Shown in pieces: positions 30,499 through 40,090 of a DNA stretch of 51,474 bases (the first letter of the stretch is position 1; each line of letters begins with the position of its first letter). The notes under the pieces were generated by a model, which worked only from the letters and a program-made list of their open reading frames with translations, ran no database searches and was not told the DNA's origin. The DNA is from Escherichia phage KarlJaspers: the sequence record MZ501090, one strand, 5' to 3'. The position numbers and the translations under genes were made by a program.

Positions 30499-32538
30499 AT
30501 GATTCCAAACATTGAAAAGCAAATATCAACACTTGGTGAAACGGTAATTAAATCCATTCAGGAGCGATTCACTGTTGGCGAGATTGTGCCTTACCATTAC
30601 CAGTGCGTTGCATACGCTGAGATCGCAAAGCGTATGAAAAATTATGAGCATCCATTCTTTGTTAAAGCGTCCGTATCGGCTGGCAAAACATTGATGTTTG
30701 CAATGGTTGCTCACCAGTGCCGGAAAATGGGCTTGAAAATGATGGTCCTTGCTCGCCAGGCTGAGATTGTGGATCAGGATTCTGAAGAGATAACAAATCT
30801 TGGTGTGCCGAACTCCATCTATTGTGCAGGACTGAAGACAAAAAGCGCATACTTTCCGATCGTTGTTGGTTCTGAGGGAACTGTAGTTAATGGACTGTTT
30901 AAAGCGCTTGGCGACTATGTTCCGCACGTTATCGGGATTGACGAGTGTCACCAGGTGGATTGGGAAGACCTTGCCGACGCAATAGAGAAAGACGAATCAT
31001 TTTTACAAATGACAACGAAGAAAGGCGAAAAAGTACCAAATCCAGATTATGACATAACGAGCGATAACGAATGCGAAGAGTTCCTGATTGGTGAGGATGG
31101 CTTGCCAATGGAGGGAACAGGCCGCACACAATACACTGTCATTATCATGGAAATGATGCGCCGCTGCCGGAAAACATATGGTCATGAACTGCGCATATTT
31201 GGCATGACTGGATCGGAGTTTCGCGGCGTAGTCCCGATCCTGGTAGAAGACAAAAAACAGAAAGGATTCTGGCGTGAACAGGTTACTAATATTGACACCA
31301 ACTACCTGATCAAATTCGGTTCTGTTGTGCCAACAAATTTTGGCGACGTTGGCGATCTAGGGTATGACCTTTCAGAGTTTGAGGCATCCAGTGAGGATGG
31401 AGTTGCAGACTTTGACGCTAAAACGCTTCGCAGGATGGAACAAAAAATTCATGAAGAAGCGACCATGACAAAGCGCATCATGGCGAAAGTTCACGAGATC
31501 TGTAAAAACCGCAACGGCGTACTTGTGACATGTGCAGGAGAAAGGCATTGCAAAGAGGCAGCGGCAGCGTTGCCACCTGGAACTACTTACAGGATCATTA
31601 CTGGTAAGACTGGCGACAATCAGCGCAAGGAGTGGTTGAGGGAAGCATACGAAGGGAAGGTAAAATACATCTTCCAGGTTCAGGCGCTAACTACTGGCGT
31701 TAACGTGCCGTTTTGGGATACGTCTGTTATTCTGCGTAAGATTGGATCGCTAACTTTGCTGATTCAGCTTTTAGGACGCGGAATGCGACTTCTTAAGAAA
31801 TGGCATAAGGAACAAGGCTTCAAGAAAGATGATCACCTGGTTATGGATTTTTCAGGAACGATGGACGAGTTAGGTGAGCTTTATTTTGATCCGATACTGG
31901 AACAGGCGCAACATCAGAAGCGATTCAGGAACGGTAAAGATCCGAAGCCTTGTCCTGTTTGCGGAACTCTTAATAGCTATTATGCTCGTCGTTGTATGCA
32001 CGTAGACGAAAACGGCAACAGATGCGAGTGGTTCTTTAAATTCAGGACATGTGATGATCAGATTGACCCGCGCACTAAAAAGATTATTCAGCGCGGTTGT
32101 GGAACGAAAAATGATATTGCGGCCAGGGTATGCAGACATTGCGACATGTCATTGATTGACCCTAACGAGAAGTTAAGCGGAAAGCACTACACAAAAAACG
32201 ACTGGTTTCAGGTGCAATCTTTCTCGGTTGACATGACGAAAAACCAGAAAGGGATAATATTTAATTATGAGCTTTCCGATGGCATAGATACTTTCAGGGC
32301 GAGAGAGATATTTTTCCCTGAATCTGAGAGCCAAATTTGCCGCGCAAAATGGCGAAGCGTTGCTCTTAAGCACATACCAGATCGCCGTGTTGCTGGCATG
32401 GTGGCGAGCTATCGTAATGCACGAAAAATAATGCAATATGTTAATCACATTATGCCGCCATCGCGTGTTACTCACAGAAAGACTAGCAATGGCGAAGATA
32501 ATTTATACAAGAAGGACTTTAATTATGGCAATGACTGA
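30499..32538 (+). CDS. ATP-dependent DNA helicase (SF2, DEAH-like)
   Basis: Walker A SAGKT, IGIDECHQ motif II, C-terminal Cys4 zinc ribbon; start 30499 chosen because motif overlaps track start 30433. Confidence 0.75.
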   Translation: MIPNIEKQISTLGETVIKSIQERFTVGEIVPYHYQCVAYAEIAKRMKNYEHPFFVKASVSAGKTLMFAMVAHQCRKMGLKMMVLARQAEIVDQDSEEITNLGVPNSIYCAGLKTKSAYFPIVVGSEGTVVNGLFKALGDYVPHVIGIDECHQVDWEDLADAIEKDESFLQMTTKKGEKVPNPDYDITSDNECEEFLIGEDGLPMEGTGRTQYTVIIMEMMRRCRKTYGHELRIFGMTGSEFRGVVPILVEDKKQKGFWREQVTNIDTNYLIKFGSVVPTNFGDVGDLGYDLSEFEASSEDGVADFDAKTLRRMEQKIHEEATMTKRIMAKVHEICKNRNGVLVTCAGERHCKEAAAALPPGTTYRIITGKTGDNQRKEWLREAYEGKVKYIFQVQALTTGVNVPFWDTSVILRKIGSLTLLIQLLGRGMRLLKKWHKEQGFKKDDHLVMDFSGTMDELGELYFDPILEQAQHQKRFRNGKDPKPCPVCGTLNSYYARRCMHVDENGNRCEWFFKFRTCDDQIDPRTKKIIQRGCGTKNDIAARVCRHCDMSLIDPNEKLSGKHYTKNDWFQVQSFSVDMTKNQKGIIFNYELSDGIDTFRAREIFFPESESQICRAKWRSVALKHIPDRRVAGMVASYRNARKIMQYVNHIMPPSRVTHRKTSNGEDNLYKKDFNYGND

Positions 32539-32944
32539 TAAAGGCGATTATCTTGAGTTTTACGAAAGAGATCCGACGGATACGCTAAAAGAGGAATCAC
32601 ACCAGATTGGGGCGTTTCAATGGTTAACTTATGCTCATCCTGAATTGCTGGCATGGCATACGAAAAACGAGGGCGACAAGGGAATCGCCACAGCAATGAT
32701 GGATCAGCAAGCTGGACTTGTTAAGGGAGTAAGTGATTTTATCATCCTGATTGGATTAAAAGGCCGTTACCCGTTCGCGGCAATAGAGATGAAGCGCGTC
32801 AATAAGTCCGGCAAGGGGAAGGCTTCACCAGTCAGCAAGGAGCAAAAAGCCTTCTTGCGCCGCGTGCGTGAGCTTGGCGGATTCGCTGCCGTAACATACG
32901 GATATAAGCAATTCATGATCGCGGTAGAATACATGATGAAATAG
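32525..32944 (+). CDS. VRR-NUC domain nuclease
   Basis: GVSDFIILIGL...AIEMKR...KEQKAFL typical VRR-NUC signature; ATG 32525 with AAGGA RBS. Confidence 0.65.
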   Translation: MAMTDKGDYLEFYERDPTDTLKEESHQIGAFQWLTYAHPELLAWHTKNEGDKGIATAMMDQQAGLVKGVSDFIILIGLKGRYPFAAIEMKRVNKSGKGKASPVSKEQKAFLRRVRELGGFAAVTYGYKQFMIAVEYMMK

Positions 32945-32960
32945 CACTTTTTGTTAAAAC
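32941..32960 (+). promoter_or_regulatory. conserved intergenic motif copy
   Basis: ATAGCACTTTTTGTTAAAAC overlapping stop TAG; followed by GGCGC...GCGCC hairpin and ATAATA. Confidence 0.6.
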
Positions 32961-33018
32961 AGGCGCGAAGGATTGCGCCATAATAACACAAGTTCAACAA
33001 GCAACAGGTAATTAAGAA

Positions 33019-33720
33019 ATGAGTAAAGAAACTGAAGTGACATTTGAACAAATAGAACGAGAAACATTCATTGGCAATGCTCTTGCTACTGGAGGCCATT
33101 ACCAGGCTGTTAAACCAAATCAATATTTCAAAGTGACTGGCAACCGCTATAACGGCAGCAATACGCCTGACATTGTGCGCGATTTGTGGTCTACGCCGTA
33201 TGAACTTGTCGCATGGATGGAAAGCGAATACGGTGATTATGACATCGACGCGGCGGCAAGCAAAGAAAATGCTGTATGTGAAAAATTCTACAGCAAGGAA
33301 ACAAATTGCTTAAAGCGTTGGTGGGGTAGTAACAAGCATATATGGCTGAATCCGCCGTACAGCAATATAACGCCTTTCGTTAAGAAAGCGATTGAGCAAA
33401 TGGAGCACAATAACCAGATCGACATTCTGTTACCTTGCGACACATCAACAGGATGGTTTTATGAAGCGCAGCAGCGCGCAGCGGAAATCATCTGGATCAC
33501 TGGCGAAGTTTACCAGGAGGACGGAACAGAATATTCCCGCACAGGACGCCTTGCGTTTACCTCTGCTCTTACAGGTAAACCAGTACAGGGAAACAACAAA
33601 GGAAGCGTTATTTTCATCATGCGCGAACTTAAAGAAGGTGAGCAGCAGAAAACTCGATACGTTAAAATCAGCGACATTTGCCCTTCGGTGGCAGACCGTC
33701 GCGCACGGAAACGGAGCTAA
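33019..33720 (+). CDS. dam: DNA N6-adenine methyltransferase (phage Dam-type)
   Basis: NPPY catalytic motif (HIWLNPPYSN); 233 aa. Confidence 0.8.
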   Translation: MSKETEVTFEQIERETFIGNALATGGHYQAVKPNQYFKVTGNRYNGSNTPDIVRDLWSTPYELVAWMESEYGDYDIDAAASKENAVCEKFYSKETNCLKRWWGSNKHIWLNPPYSNITPFVKKAIEQMEHNNQIDILLPCDTSTGWFYEAQQRAAEIIWITGEVYQEDGTEYSRTGRLAFTSALTGKPVQGNNKGSVIFIMRELKEGEQQKTRYVKISDICPSVADRRARKRS

Positions 33721-33724
33721 AACA

Positions 33725-33985
33725 ATGCAGAAAGAAAGAAGAGTTGTACTTAATGAAGATGGCGAATTTCTTTTGTATCGCGCTATGGTATGCGATGCAC
33801 TTGATAAAAACCCTAACGTGAAAAAGATGATTGATTGCGATCCGTGGGAATTTTCAAGCGCATTAGATATGAGCTTTGAGGAGACAAAAAAACTCCCACT
33901 TGAAAAATGGCACGAACAAATCAGAAATGACATGCAAGAATTTGTCGATTCGTGGAATTTTCAGAACGGAATGATCCACCAATAG
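33725..33985 (+). CDS. hypothetical protein
   Basis: ATG 33725 after Dam stop; track ORF 33392-33985 upstream part overlaps Dam out of frame. Confidence 0.4.
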   Translation: MQKERRVVLNEDGEFLLYRAMVCDALDKNPNVKKMIDCDPWEFSSALDMSFEETKKLPLEKWHEQIRNDMQEFVDSWNFQNGMIHQ

Positions 33986-34001
33986 CACTTTTTGTTAAAA
34001 C
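33982..34001 (+). promoter_or_regulatory. conserved intergenic motif copy
   Basis: ATAGCACTTTTTGTTAAAAC overlapping stop TAG; GCCCGAC-cttgt-GTCGGGC hairpin then ATAATT. Confidence 0.6.
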
Positions 34002-34057
34002 GCCCGACCTTGTGTCGGGCATAATTATTTCATCAAAACGAACAAGAGGAAAACAAA

Positions 34058-34237
34058 ATGGTTGTTTACGATCCACGCGCTTTTAAAATTGCTCAAGAAG
34101 TTTCACGCGAATCTGTTGCTGGCGGTTCGGTTAACGGATATCAGTTTGATTGGTCGGCAGCAATGACCCTGCTTAAGGTTGCATATGGTCACGCGCCAAT
34201 TGAAACAGCGGAGGAATATTATAAGCATGAAGGTTGA
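34058..34237 (+). CDS. hypothetical small protein
   Basis: 59 aa ORF (below track cutoff) with GAGGAAAA RBS, downstream of motif copy. Confidence 0.4.
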   Translation: MVVYDPRAFKIAQEVSRESVAGGSVNGYQFDWSAAMTLLKVAYGHAPIETAEEYYKHEG

Positions 34238-34469
34238 ACAAGGTAGGCAGGCCGTATGGGATCACGCAAAGGAGTGCGGGATCTCTGAAGACATAGCCAT
34301 GATAGCAAAATATTTTGATATTGCTGACATAAGCATTATCAGCGGCGACAAAATGACATTTCTCAATGAACGACCGCGCAAGATGCATCGCGTACCAGCA
34401 ATACCAACAAAGATTGATTTCAAAGAGGCTATGGCGAAAATTCGCGAGCCGCGCAAATACTACAAATGA
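34227..34469 (+). CDS. hypothetical protein
   Basis: ATG 34227 with GGAGGA RBS, overlaps previous small ORF. Confidence 0.35.
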   Translation: MKVEQGRQAVWDHAKECGISEDIAMIAKYFDIADISIISGDKMTFLNERPRKMHRVPAIPTKIDFKEAMAKIREPRKYYK

Positions 34470-34567
34470 GGATTATTATCATGTGGCGTTTGTTACTTTT
34501 GCCCTTACCTGTTATGATGGCGATCTCTATTGTATACGTTGTCATAATGAGATAAGGAGAATTTTTG

Positions 34568-35683
34568 ATGAAGCAAATCAAAATCACAGATGAACAATTT
34601 ATCAATGAGCGCAAGCAGGGAAAGACATATAAGCAGATCGCTAATGAGTATGGCATGAACGTTCGCAGCATTGAGCGCCGCGCGGCACGATTAGCAAAGC
34701 AAGGTAAAGTTACAACCATCGGATCGCCTGGTTTTGGTGTTACTGGAGAATCAAAGCTAATTGATAAAGATGGCAATGTGGTTATGACATGGATTAAGAC
34801 AAGTAAGGACCGCGAACAGCTAGAAGCATTAATGCAGGCCGCTATTGATGCATTTAGCGAAGAAGTCCCTCGACTTGATCCGCAGCCAGAATCACAAAAG
34901 GATTATAGCGAGACGTTATCACTGTATCCGATCTTTGATATGCACTTGGGCGCAATGGCGCATAAGCATGAATGCGGCGAGAACTGGGATACAGCAACAG
35001 CAGAGCGCGTAATGAATAATTTCATTGATTATTCCATCCAGTGCGCGCCGGATAGCGAAAATGCTGTTTTGCTGATTGGTGGTGACATGCTGCATAGTGA
35101 CGGCCTGGAAGCGGTGACACCTGCAAGCGGTCACGTATTGGATCAAGATAGTCGATACGCAAAACTTGTTTATGTTGCCATCCGGTCAGTGCGTAGAGCA
35201 ATTACAAAGCTGTTATCAAAACACAAAAACGTCGAGATTCAGATCATTGAAGGCAACCACGACCAAAGCGGCATGATCTGGTTGCGCGCAGCAATGGCGG
35301 CAGCATATGAGAATGAGCCACGAGTGCATGTTGATGTGTCTCCGCGAGTAGTTCATCACACACAATATGGCAAAACATTCCTGGCATACCATCACGGGCA
35401 CACTATCCGCAAGCCTGAAACATTGCTCATGATGTGCGCAGCAGACTGGCGCGAAGACTTCGGCAATTCAAAAATGATGTATGCTCACGTAGGGCATTGG
35501 CATCATCAAACAGTAACCGAAACAAGCCTGGGAATTGTTGAAGTGCATAGCACTATGGCGGCAAAAGATGCATATGCGGCGCGCGGTGGATGGCGTTCTC
35601 GCCGCCGTGCGGCTGTTATTGTTTATGATAAAGAATACGGAGAAGTGGGGCGATTTATGCATTATCCAGAAATTGCTGGTTGA
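34568..35683 (+). CDS. calcineurin-like metallophosphoesterase with N-terminal HTH-like region
   Basis: DMHLG, GGDMLH, GNHD, HHGH, GHWHH motifs; N-terminal KTYKQIANEYGMNVRSIERR helix-turn-helix-like. Confidence 0.6.
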   Translation: MKQIKITDEQFINERKQGKTYKQIANEYGMNVRSIERRAARLAKQGKVTTIGSPGFGVTGESKLIDKDGNVVMTWIKTSKDREQLEALMQAAIDAFSEEVPRLDPQPESQKDYSETLSLYPIFDMHLGAMAHKHECGENWDTATAERVMNNFIDYSIQCAPDSENAVLLIGGDMLHSDGLEAVTPASGHVLDQDSRYAKLVYVAIRSVRRAITKLLSKHKNVEIQIIEGNHDQSGMIWLRAAMAAAYENEPRVHVDVSPRVVHHTQYGKTFLAYHHGHTIRKPETLLMMCAADWREDFGNSKMMYAHVGHWHHQTVTETSLGIVEVHSTMAAKDAYAARGGWRSRRRAAVIVYDKEYGEVGRFMHYPEIAG

Positions 35684-35726
35684 ACTTTTAATCATTAAAA
35701 TATAAATATAAATCATCAATTTAATT

Positions 35727-35756
35727 GGGCGTGGCATTTTGCTTCGCCCTTTTTTT
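35727..35756 (+). terminator. rho-independent terminator
   Basis: GGGCG-13 nt loop-CGCCC hairpin followed by TTTTTTT. Confidence 0.65.
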
Positions 35757-35829
35757 ATTCCTTTTTGTGCGTTCAATGGTTAGGATACAAACAATTAATT
35801 GTTGACTTTTATATACAGGAGATCTAATC

Positions 35830-36045
35830 ATGAAAGATTTTTTAAACGCTGCAACTTCCGGCACTGGCGGCGCGTCAATCACTGGCGCGGTAACTGGTCA
35901 AACAACTATTGCAATAGCCAGCTTCGTTTTGATGGCTGCATTTGGTATGTGGGGCGCTTATCTTCGCTGGCGTGATAGTAAGGCGCTACGTGACGCGCTT
36001 GAATGCGGTGATATTAAGAAAGCTATTGAGATCAGAGGGAAATAA
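35830..36045 (+). CDS. holin (putative)
   Basis: 71 aa; one clear TM segment, charged C-terminus; immediately upstream of endolysin. Confidence 0.55.
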   Translation: MKDFLNAATSGTGGASITGAVTGQTTIAIASFVLMAAFGMWGAYLRWRDSKALRDALECGDIKKAIEIRGK

Positions 36046-36533
36046 TGAGTATAAAACAAAGAGTGACCGCTGCGGCTTTTGGCGTTGCTCTTGCCCTTAC
36101 TTCTCCGCTACTGGAGGAAATAGAAGGAGTAAAACATAAGCCGTACAAAGATATTGCTGGGATATGGACGGTTTGCGCCGGAATAACTGGACCTGACGTA
36201 ATACAAGGCAAAACGTACACACAAAGAGAGTGCGATGCACTACTGGCAAAGCATATCAAGATCGCAAAGGATGAAGTTGATAAGCGTGTAAAGGTTGACA
36301 TTCCTGATACAATGCGCGCAGCAATGTATTCATTCACATACAATGCTGGAACTGGAGCTTTTAGAAATTCAACCATGCTTAAGCTGATTAATAACGGTCG
36401 TTATATGGAAGCGTGCAATCAGTTATGGCGATGGACAAAATACACCAATCCAAAAACAGGAAAGAAAGAAACGTCTAAAGGACTGCGCAACCGCCGCGCG
36501 GTGGAATTTAAATATTGCATTAAGGATCTGTAA
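36045..36533 (+). CDS. SAR endolysin (T4-lysozyme-like muramidase)
   Basis: N-terminal signal-anchor-release helix; catalytic E-D-T spacing ([23 protein letters not shown]). Confidence 0.85.
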   Translation: MSIKQRVTAAAFGVALALTSPLLEEIEGVKHKPYKDIAGIWTVCAGITGPDVIQGKTYTQRECDALLAKHIKIAKDEVDKRVKVDIPDTMRAAMYSFTYNAGTGAFRNSTMLKLINNGRYMEACNQLWRWTKYTNPKTGKKETSKGLRNRRAVEFKYCIKDL

Positions 36534-36535
36534 TC

Positions 36536-36934
36536 ATGAGAAAGTTATCAGCAATCGCGATCGCTGTTATTTTGTCTGGATGTTCAAGCGTTACGCCACT
36601 GACCGGATTAATCGGTAGTAAGCCGGAAATCACAGCACAGGCAGGAGCGGAGAACGTAAAGCAGACCGTTGGCGTTACCGCAAAGCAGGACACCAGCACA
36701 AAACAGGAAACTACAATAAAGGAATCTGCGGTTGATAAGGTGGACACTTCCAGCAAGAAGGATTTCACTACGTCAACCATTCAGGCTAACACCATCAAGG
36801 CTGATAAAATCCAGGTTGTGCAGGGTGAGCAAAGTAAGTGGTACGATCCTATAATCTATTGCGCTGCAATTTTCAGTGGTCTTTTGTCAATGCTTTACTT
36901 TTCCTACCGCAAAGGCAACAAAAAGGAGGCTTAA
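36536..36934 (+). CDS. unimolecular spanin (lipoprotein with C-terminal TM)
   Basis: Lipobox ILSGCSS at N-terminus plus C-terminal TM helix; architecture as described for T1 gp11. Confidence 0.7.
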   Translation: MRKLSAIAIAVILSGCSSVTPLTGLIGSKPEITAQAGAENVKQTVGVTAKQDTSTKQETTIKESAVDKVDTSSKKDFTTSTIQANTIKADKIQVVQGEQSKWYDPIIYCAAIFSGLLSMLYFSYRKGNKKEA

Positions 36935-36950
36935 CGCCTCCTTTGTTTTA
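36924..36950. terminator. bidirectional terminator-like hairpin between convergent genes
   Basis: AGGAGGC-ttaac-GCCTCCT hairpin with T-rich flanks on both strands. Confidence 0.45.
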
Positions 36951-37184
36951 TAGTGAATCCATCAAATCTTGAAAGCTGTTTCCGCTATAATCATTCTCGA
37001 CAAGAATGTAAGCACCTTTCTTCTTTATATCCCATAGCATTTCATTGTATTCGTAACGATTTATTTCAAACGTGCTGCCATCTTCTCTTGTCGCAGTTCC
37101 TTTGTCGTTGAAAACATCAAAAGTTACATTGATGATTTTTGTCTCTTTCTTTGTTACTTTGATAGCCATTTTTAAAATCCTCAT
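36948..37184 (-). CDS. hypothetical protein
   Basis: 78 aa ORF downstream of motif copy 37227-37246. Confidence 0.4.
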   Translation of the reverse strand: MRILKMAIKVTKKETKIINVTFDVFNDKGTATREDGSTFEINRYEYNEMLWDIKKKGAYILVENDYSGNSFQDLMDSL

Positions 37185-37226
37185 ATTCGTTCCGATGAAA
37201 CAAATATACCCGATACGAGATCGGGA

Positions 37227-37246
37227 GTTTTAACAAAAAGTGCTAT
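37227..37246 (-). promoter_or_regulatory. conserved intergenic motif copy
   Basis: Minus strand ATAGCACTTTTTGTTAAAAC, then CCCGAT-ctcgt-ATCGGG hairpin and TATATT. Confidence 0.6.
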
Positions 37247-37437
37247 TCAATACGCTTTACAGTAACCAACAAAACGCCGTCCTCATCACACAAATTATGC
37301 TCTGATATATCAAACGCTCGCATGTCAGAATGAATGAGCGTTAACATTGCGTGCATGAAGTCGTCATGTGAGATTGAACTTACGGCGCAGAACTTCAATA
37401 TTTTGTCTATTAGCATTTGACGTAAACAATTCTTCAT
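37243..37437 (-). CDS. hypothetical protein (uncertain)
   Basis: 64 aa ORF overlapping 37364-37756 by 74 nt in another frame. Confidence 0.25.
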   Translation of the reverse strand: MKNCLRQMLIDKILKFCAVSSISHDDFMHAMLTLIHSDMRAFDISEHNLCDEDGVLLVTVKRIE

Positions 37438-37756
37438 CGCTCATTTCTCCGATCCTTAAAACATCCCTTACCCATTCGTTTTGCATACCTTCCAGGCTGT
37501 AAAGTTCAAACGAGAAAGGGCGATTTGCTGATCCTTTCTTACACCAGAACTTTCCACCAACTCCATCAAGATAACCAGCGGTCATCATTCTTGCGCAAAA
37601 CTCTTTTGAAACGGCGGTTGCAAACATTCTCGGCGTAAATCCTGCGGCCCTTGCGAGCCGCTCACATTCTCTATGCTGAAATATAAATTTTGCGATATGT
37701 TGACGTGTAAACCATTCGAATGACTCACACCAGCGATACAGATCCAGAAGAAACAT
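37364..37756 (-). CDS. hypothetical protein
   Basis: 130 aa ORF immediately downstream of DUF3987-like gene. Confidence 0.4.
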   Translation of the reverse strand: MFLLDLYRWCESFEWFTRQHIAKFIFQHRECERLARAAGFTPRMFATAVSKEFCARMMTAGYLDGVGGKFWCKKGSANRPFSFELYSLEGMQNEWVRDVLRIGEMSDEELFTSNANRQNIEVLRRKFNLT

Positions 37757-37758
37757 AA

Positions 37759-39342
37759 TTACCCCAGCAATGTTGGATTTACGAAAACAACGCCATTAAT
37801 CACACAAATATAATTTCTTTCCTCAAGCATCGGAAGCAGTTGCGTTTCCATGCGCTTCATTACGCCAGCCTGACCAACAAACGGCTTAACTTTTCGTGCA
37901 GCCTCATATATGGCGCGAACATTCAAGATTCCCTTATTAGCCTTTCCGTGTCGAGTGATGATCTCGATTAGTTTACCCATTTCAGCATCATCACCAGCGT
38001 AGCCAGAAGCGTTGGCGGCGCTAATGTATGTTTTGCTCAACTCGCTAAACATCAACAATGCTTCCTGAACGGTTTCAACCTCAATTTCTTTCGACTTCTG
38101 AGGGTATCCACCAGGATTAAACCAGTTGCGGATAGTGTGCAAAACTGAAGCAATCCTGATCACCTGCTTATCCATTTTGCCAAGCGCGCCGCGCAGCATT
38201 GTATGCGAATACTTTCCGCCATCGGCAAGGTGCGGTTCCATCTCCTGACGAGCCATGTTAAGAACTCGCATTGCTGATTTGCTGATCTTAAGCTGGATGT
38301 TTGATTCGCTCATTATGTTATGGATCAGCTTGAAATATTGGCTTTTCAGTTCCCCGTCAACAGGTTCATAAGTAGAATCACCGTTATCATCAACAAACTT
38401 TCTACGGCCTAAAAATGATTCCTCACGCACAAGCAAATAACGCTCACTTACACCGATACCGCGCGATCCTGCATCCATGATGGCATTGATTGTTTCATCC
38501 TGGGCAATTACCGCCATACAGCCAAGAGCTTTAAAACTCATATTGTTGTCAGCGTTTGCACGAGCTATAGAAACATGACCATGATCCCAGGCTTTTAATA
38601 CAAGTTCGCTGTTGGTTTTACGTTCGCTATTGGCATATGTCAGACCTAAAAGGCTGTTAATACTCGTTGCCTCGTCTGAAATTACAGCAAAGTTTCCCTG
38701 GCGGTTGTTGATTCTTGCAAGTCCTTCCGGCGTGGTGTCGGAGACAGGGAAAACAATGTCACACATCTTTTCCAGTTTTTCTTCCAGATCTTCTTTCTCC
38801 TGGTATAGCGATTCCATATCAGCGCCGGAACGCTCGCTTTTCATCTCTTTTGCAAGACCTGCCAACTTTGCCTGAATCTTTTTTCTTTCCTTCTTTCGCT
38901 GATCGTTAATTCTTTCCACTTCTGCAACCATTGGAGCAAGTGCCAGGCTGTTAACGGCAGACTTACCAGTTGAAGGAGGCTGGCTTGTAACAACGTACAG
39001 AGCGGTTGGTTGATCCGTTCCGTGATACTCAACCGTGAAGCGTCCAAGCATTGCAGCAGACACGCAGCCGATAAAATGCATATATGCCGATGATTCAGGG
39101 AATTGAACAGATCGAGCAATGTTGCGCGCCAACTTTCCAACAACATCAACATCATTGCCAAGAGAAATTATAGGGTAGCGATCGTTTCCGTTATTAACAT
39201 CATTAACCTCACCCCAAAAGCTGGACGATTGACGGTATCCGTTTGCCTGAATGGACACGCGCACCGGAGACAATCCTTGTGCATCAGCTAATTCGATAAT
39301 TTGTTTTGGTGTTAGTTTATTGGTTTCAAACGAAAAATTCAT
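37759..39342 (-). CDS. P-loop protein, DUF3987-like (putative replication/primase-associated)
   Basis: 527 aa; Walker A-like SQPPSTGKSA; family assignment from memory, unverified. Confidence 0.4.
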   Translation of the reverse strand: MNFSFETNKLTPKQIIELADAQGLSPVRVSIQANGYRQSSSFWGEVNDVNNGNDRYPIISLGNDVDVVGKLARNIARSVQFPESSAYMHFIGCVSAAMLGRFTVEYHGTDQPTALYVVTSQPPSTGKSAVNSLALAPMVAEVERINDQRKKERKKIQAKLAGLAKEMKSERSGADMESLYQEKEDLEEKLEKMCDIVFPVSDTTPEGLARINNRQGNFAVISDEATSINSLLGLTYANSERKTNSELVLKAWDHGHVSIARANADNNMSFKALGCMAVIAQDETINAIMDAGSRGIGVSERYLLVREESFLGRRKFVDDNGDSTYEPVDGELKSQYFKLIHNIMSESNIQLKISKSAMRVLNMARQEMEPHLADGGKYSHTMLRGALGKMDKQVIRIASVLHTIRNWFNPGGYPQKSKEIEVETVQEALLMFSELSKTYISAANASGYAGDDAEMGKLIEIITRHGKANKGILNVRAIYEAARKVKPFVGQAGVMKRMETQLLPMLEERNYICVINGVVFVNPTLLG

Positions 39343-39394
39343 TAATGATAACTCCTTTTTTGATGCGGCAATAATACCGCACCAATGCTACCCG

Positions 39395-39414
39395 CATTTA
39401 ACAAAAAATGCTAT
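39395..39414 (-). promoter_or_regulatory. conserved intergenic motif copy
   Basis: Minus strand ATAGCATTTTTTGTTAAATG, then palindrome TGCGGTATTATTGCCGCA. Confidence 0.55.
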
Positions 39415-39632
39415 TTGATCCGCTCTATGCTAACTAAGATTTTTTCTGGTTCCCTTGCGCTATAGCAATTCGCGGTTACGGAATCAGCAAAATCAAAATA
39501 AAGTGATTTGTGGTAAGAAAGACCAATCAGCCATCCAACCATCGTTTTCTTTATTGGCCTGACTATATCGCCAGGCTTGAAGGTTTTTGTTGCTGAATGA
39601 GTCACCTTATAGCGATATTCAGCCTTGATCAC
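39411..39632 (-). CDS. hypothetical protein
   Basis: 73 aa ORF. Confidence 0.4.
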   Translation of the reverse strand: MIKAEYRYKVTHSATKTFKPGDIVRPIKKTMVGWLIGLSYHKSLYFDFADSVTANCYSAREPEKILVSIERIK

Positions 39633-40015
39633 TTATACATAGCCTCAAACAAATGACATCCACCAGCGGAAAAGCCTACTTCTTCGCGGTATAGCGTCCA
39701 GCGGTCGCCAGCTTCATCAAACACATAACCAGCAACAGCGCCAAGCGCGCGGCCTTGCTCAATCTGGTAGCGCTTTCCTTCTTTGAAATGCTTTTTGCAC
39801 GGGATCTTGTGATCTACAAAGGTGCATTTAATTGTTTTTGTCTTGATATGACGATAGTCAGACTCAACAGCGTTTTGCCACTTGCTACCCTTTGTAATGC
39901 TCTTTACCTGGAATTGTTCCAATTCGATCACATCATCGCTACCAGCAATTTTTTCGTATACAGCTATATAACGACCGTTCATCAAAACATTGGTTTTATT
40001 GCAGATAACTTTCAT
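39629..40015 (-). CDS. hypothetical protein
   Basis: 128 aa ORF downstream of motif copy. Confidence 0.4.
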   Translation of the reverse strand: MKVICNKTNVLMNGRYIAVYEKIAGSDDVIELEQFQVKSITKGSKWQNAVESDYRHIKTKTIKCTFVDHKIPCKKHFKEGKRYQIEQGRALGAVAGYVFDEAGDRWTLYREEVGFSAGGCHLFEAMYK

Positions 40016-40070
40016 CGTTTATTTCTCCTTTCGTTCCGGTGAAGTGATTATGCCAGGCTTTTACACCTGG

Positions 40071-40090
40071 CTTTTAACAAAAAGTGCTAT
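40071..40090 (-). promoter_or_regulatory. conserved intergenic motif copy
   Basis: Minus strand ATAGCACTTTTTGTTAAAAG, then GCCAGG...CCTGGC hairpin and ATAATC. Confidence 0.6.

Noticed and set aside
33392-33724. Upstream extension of ORF 33392-33985 across the Dam gene
   Set aside because: Overlaps the Dam ORF out of frame for 330 nt; ATG at 33725 follows the Dam stop, so the shorter 87 aa product is preferred.
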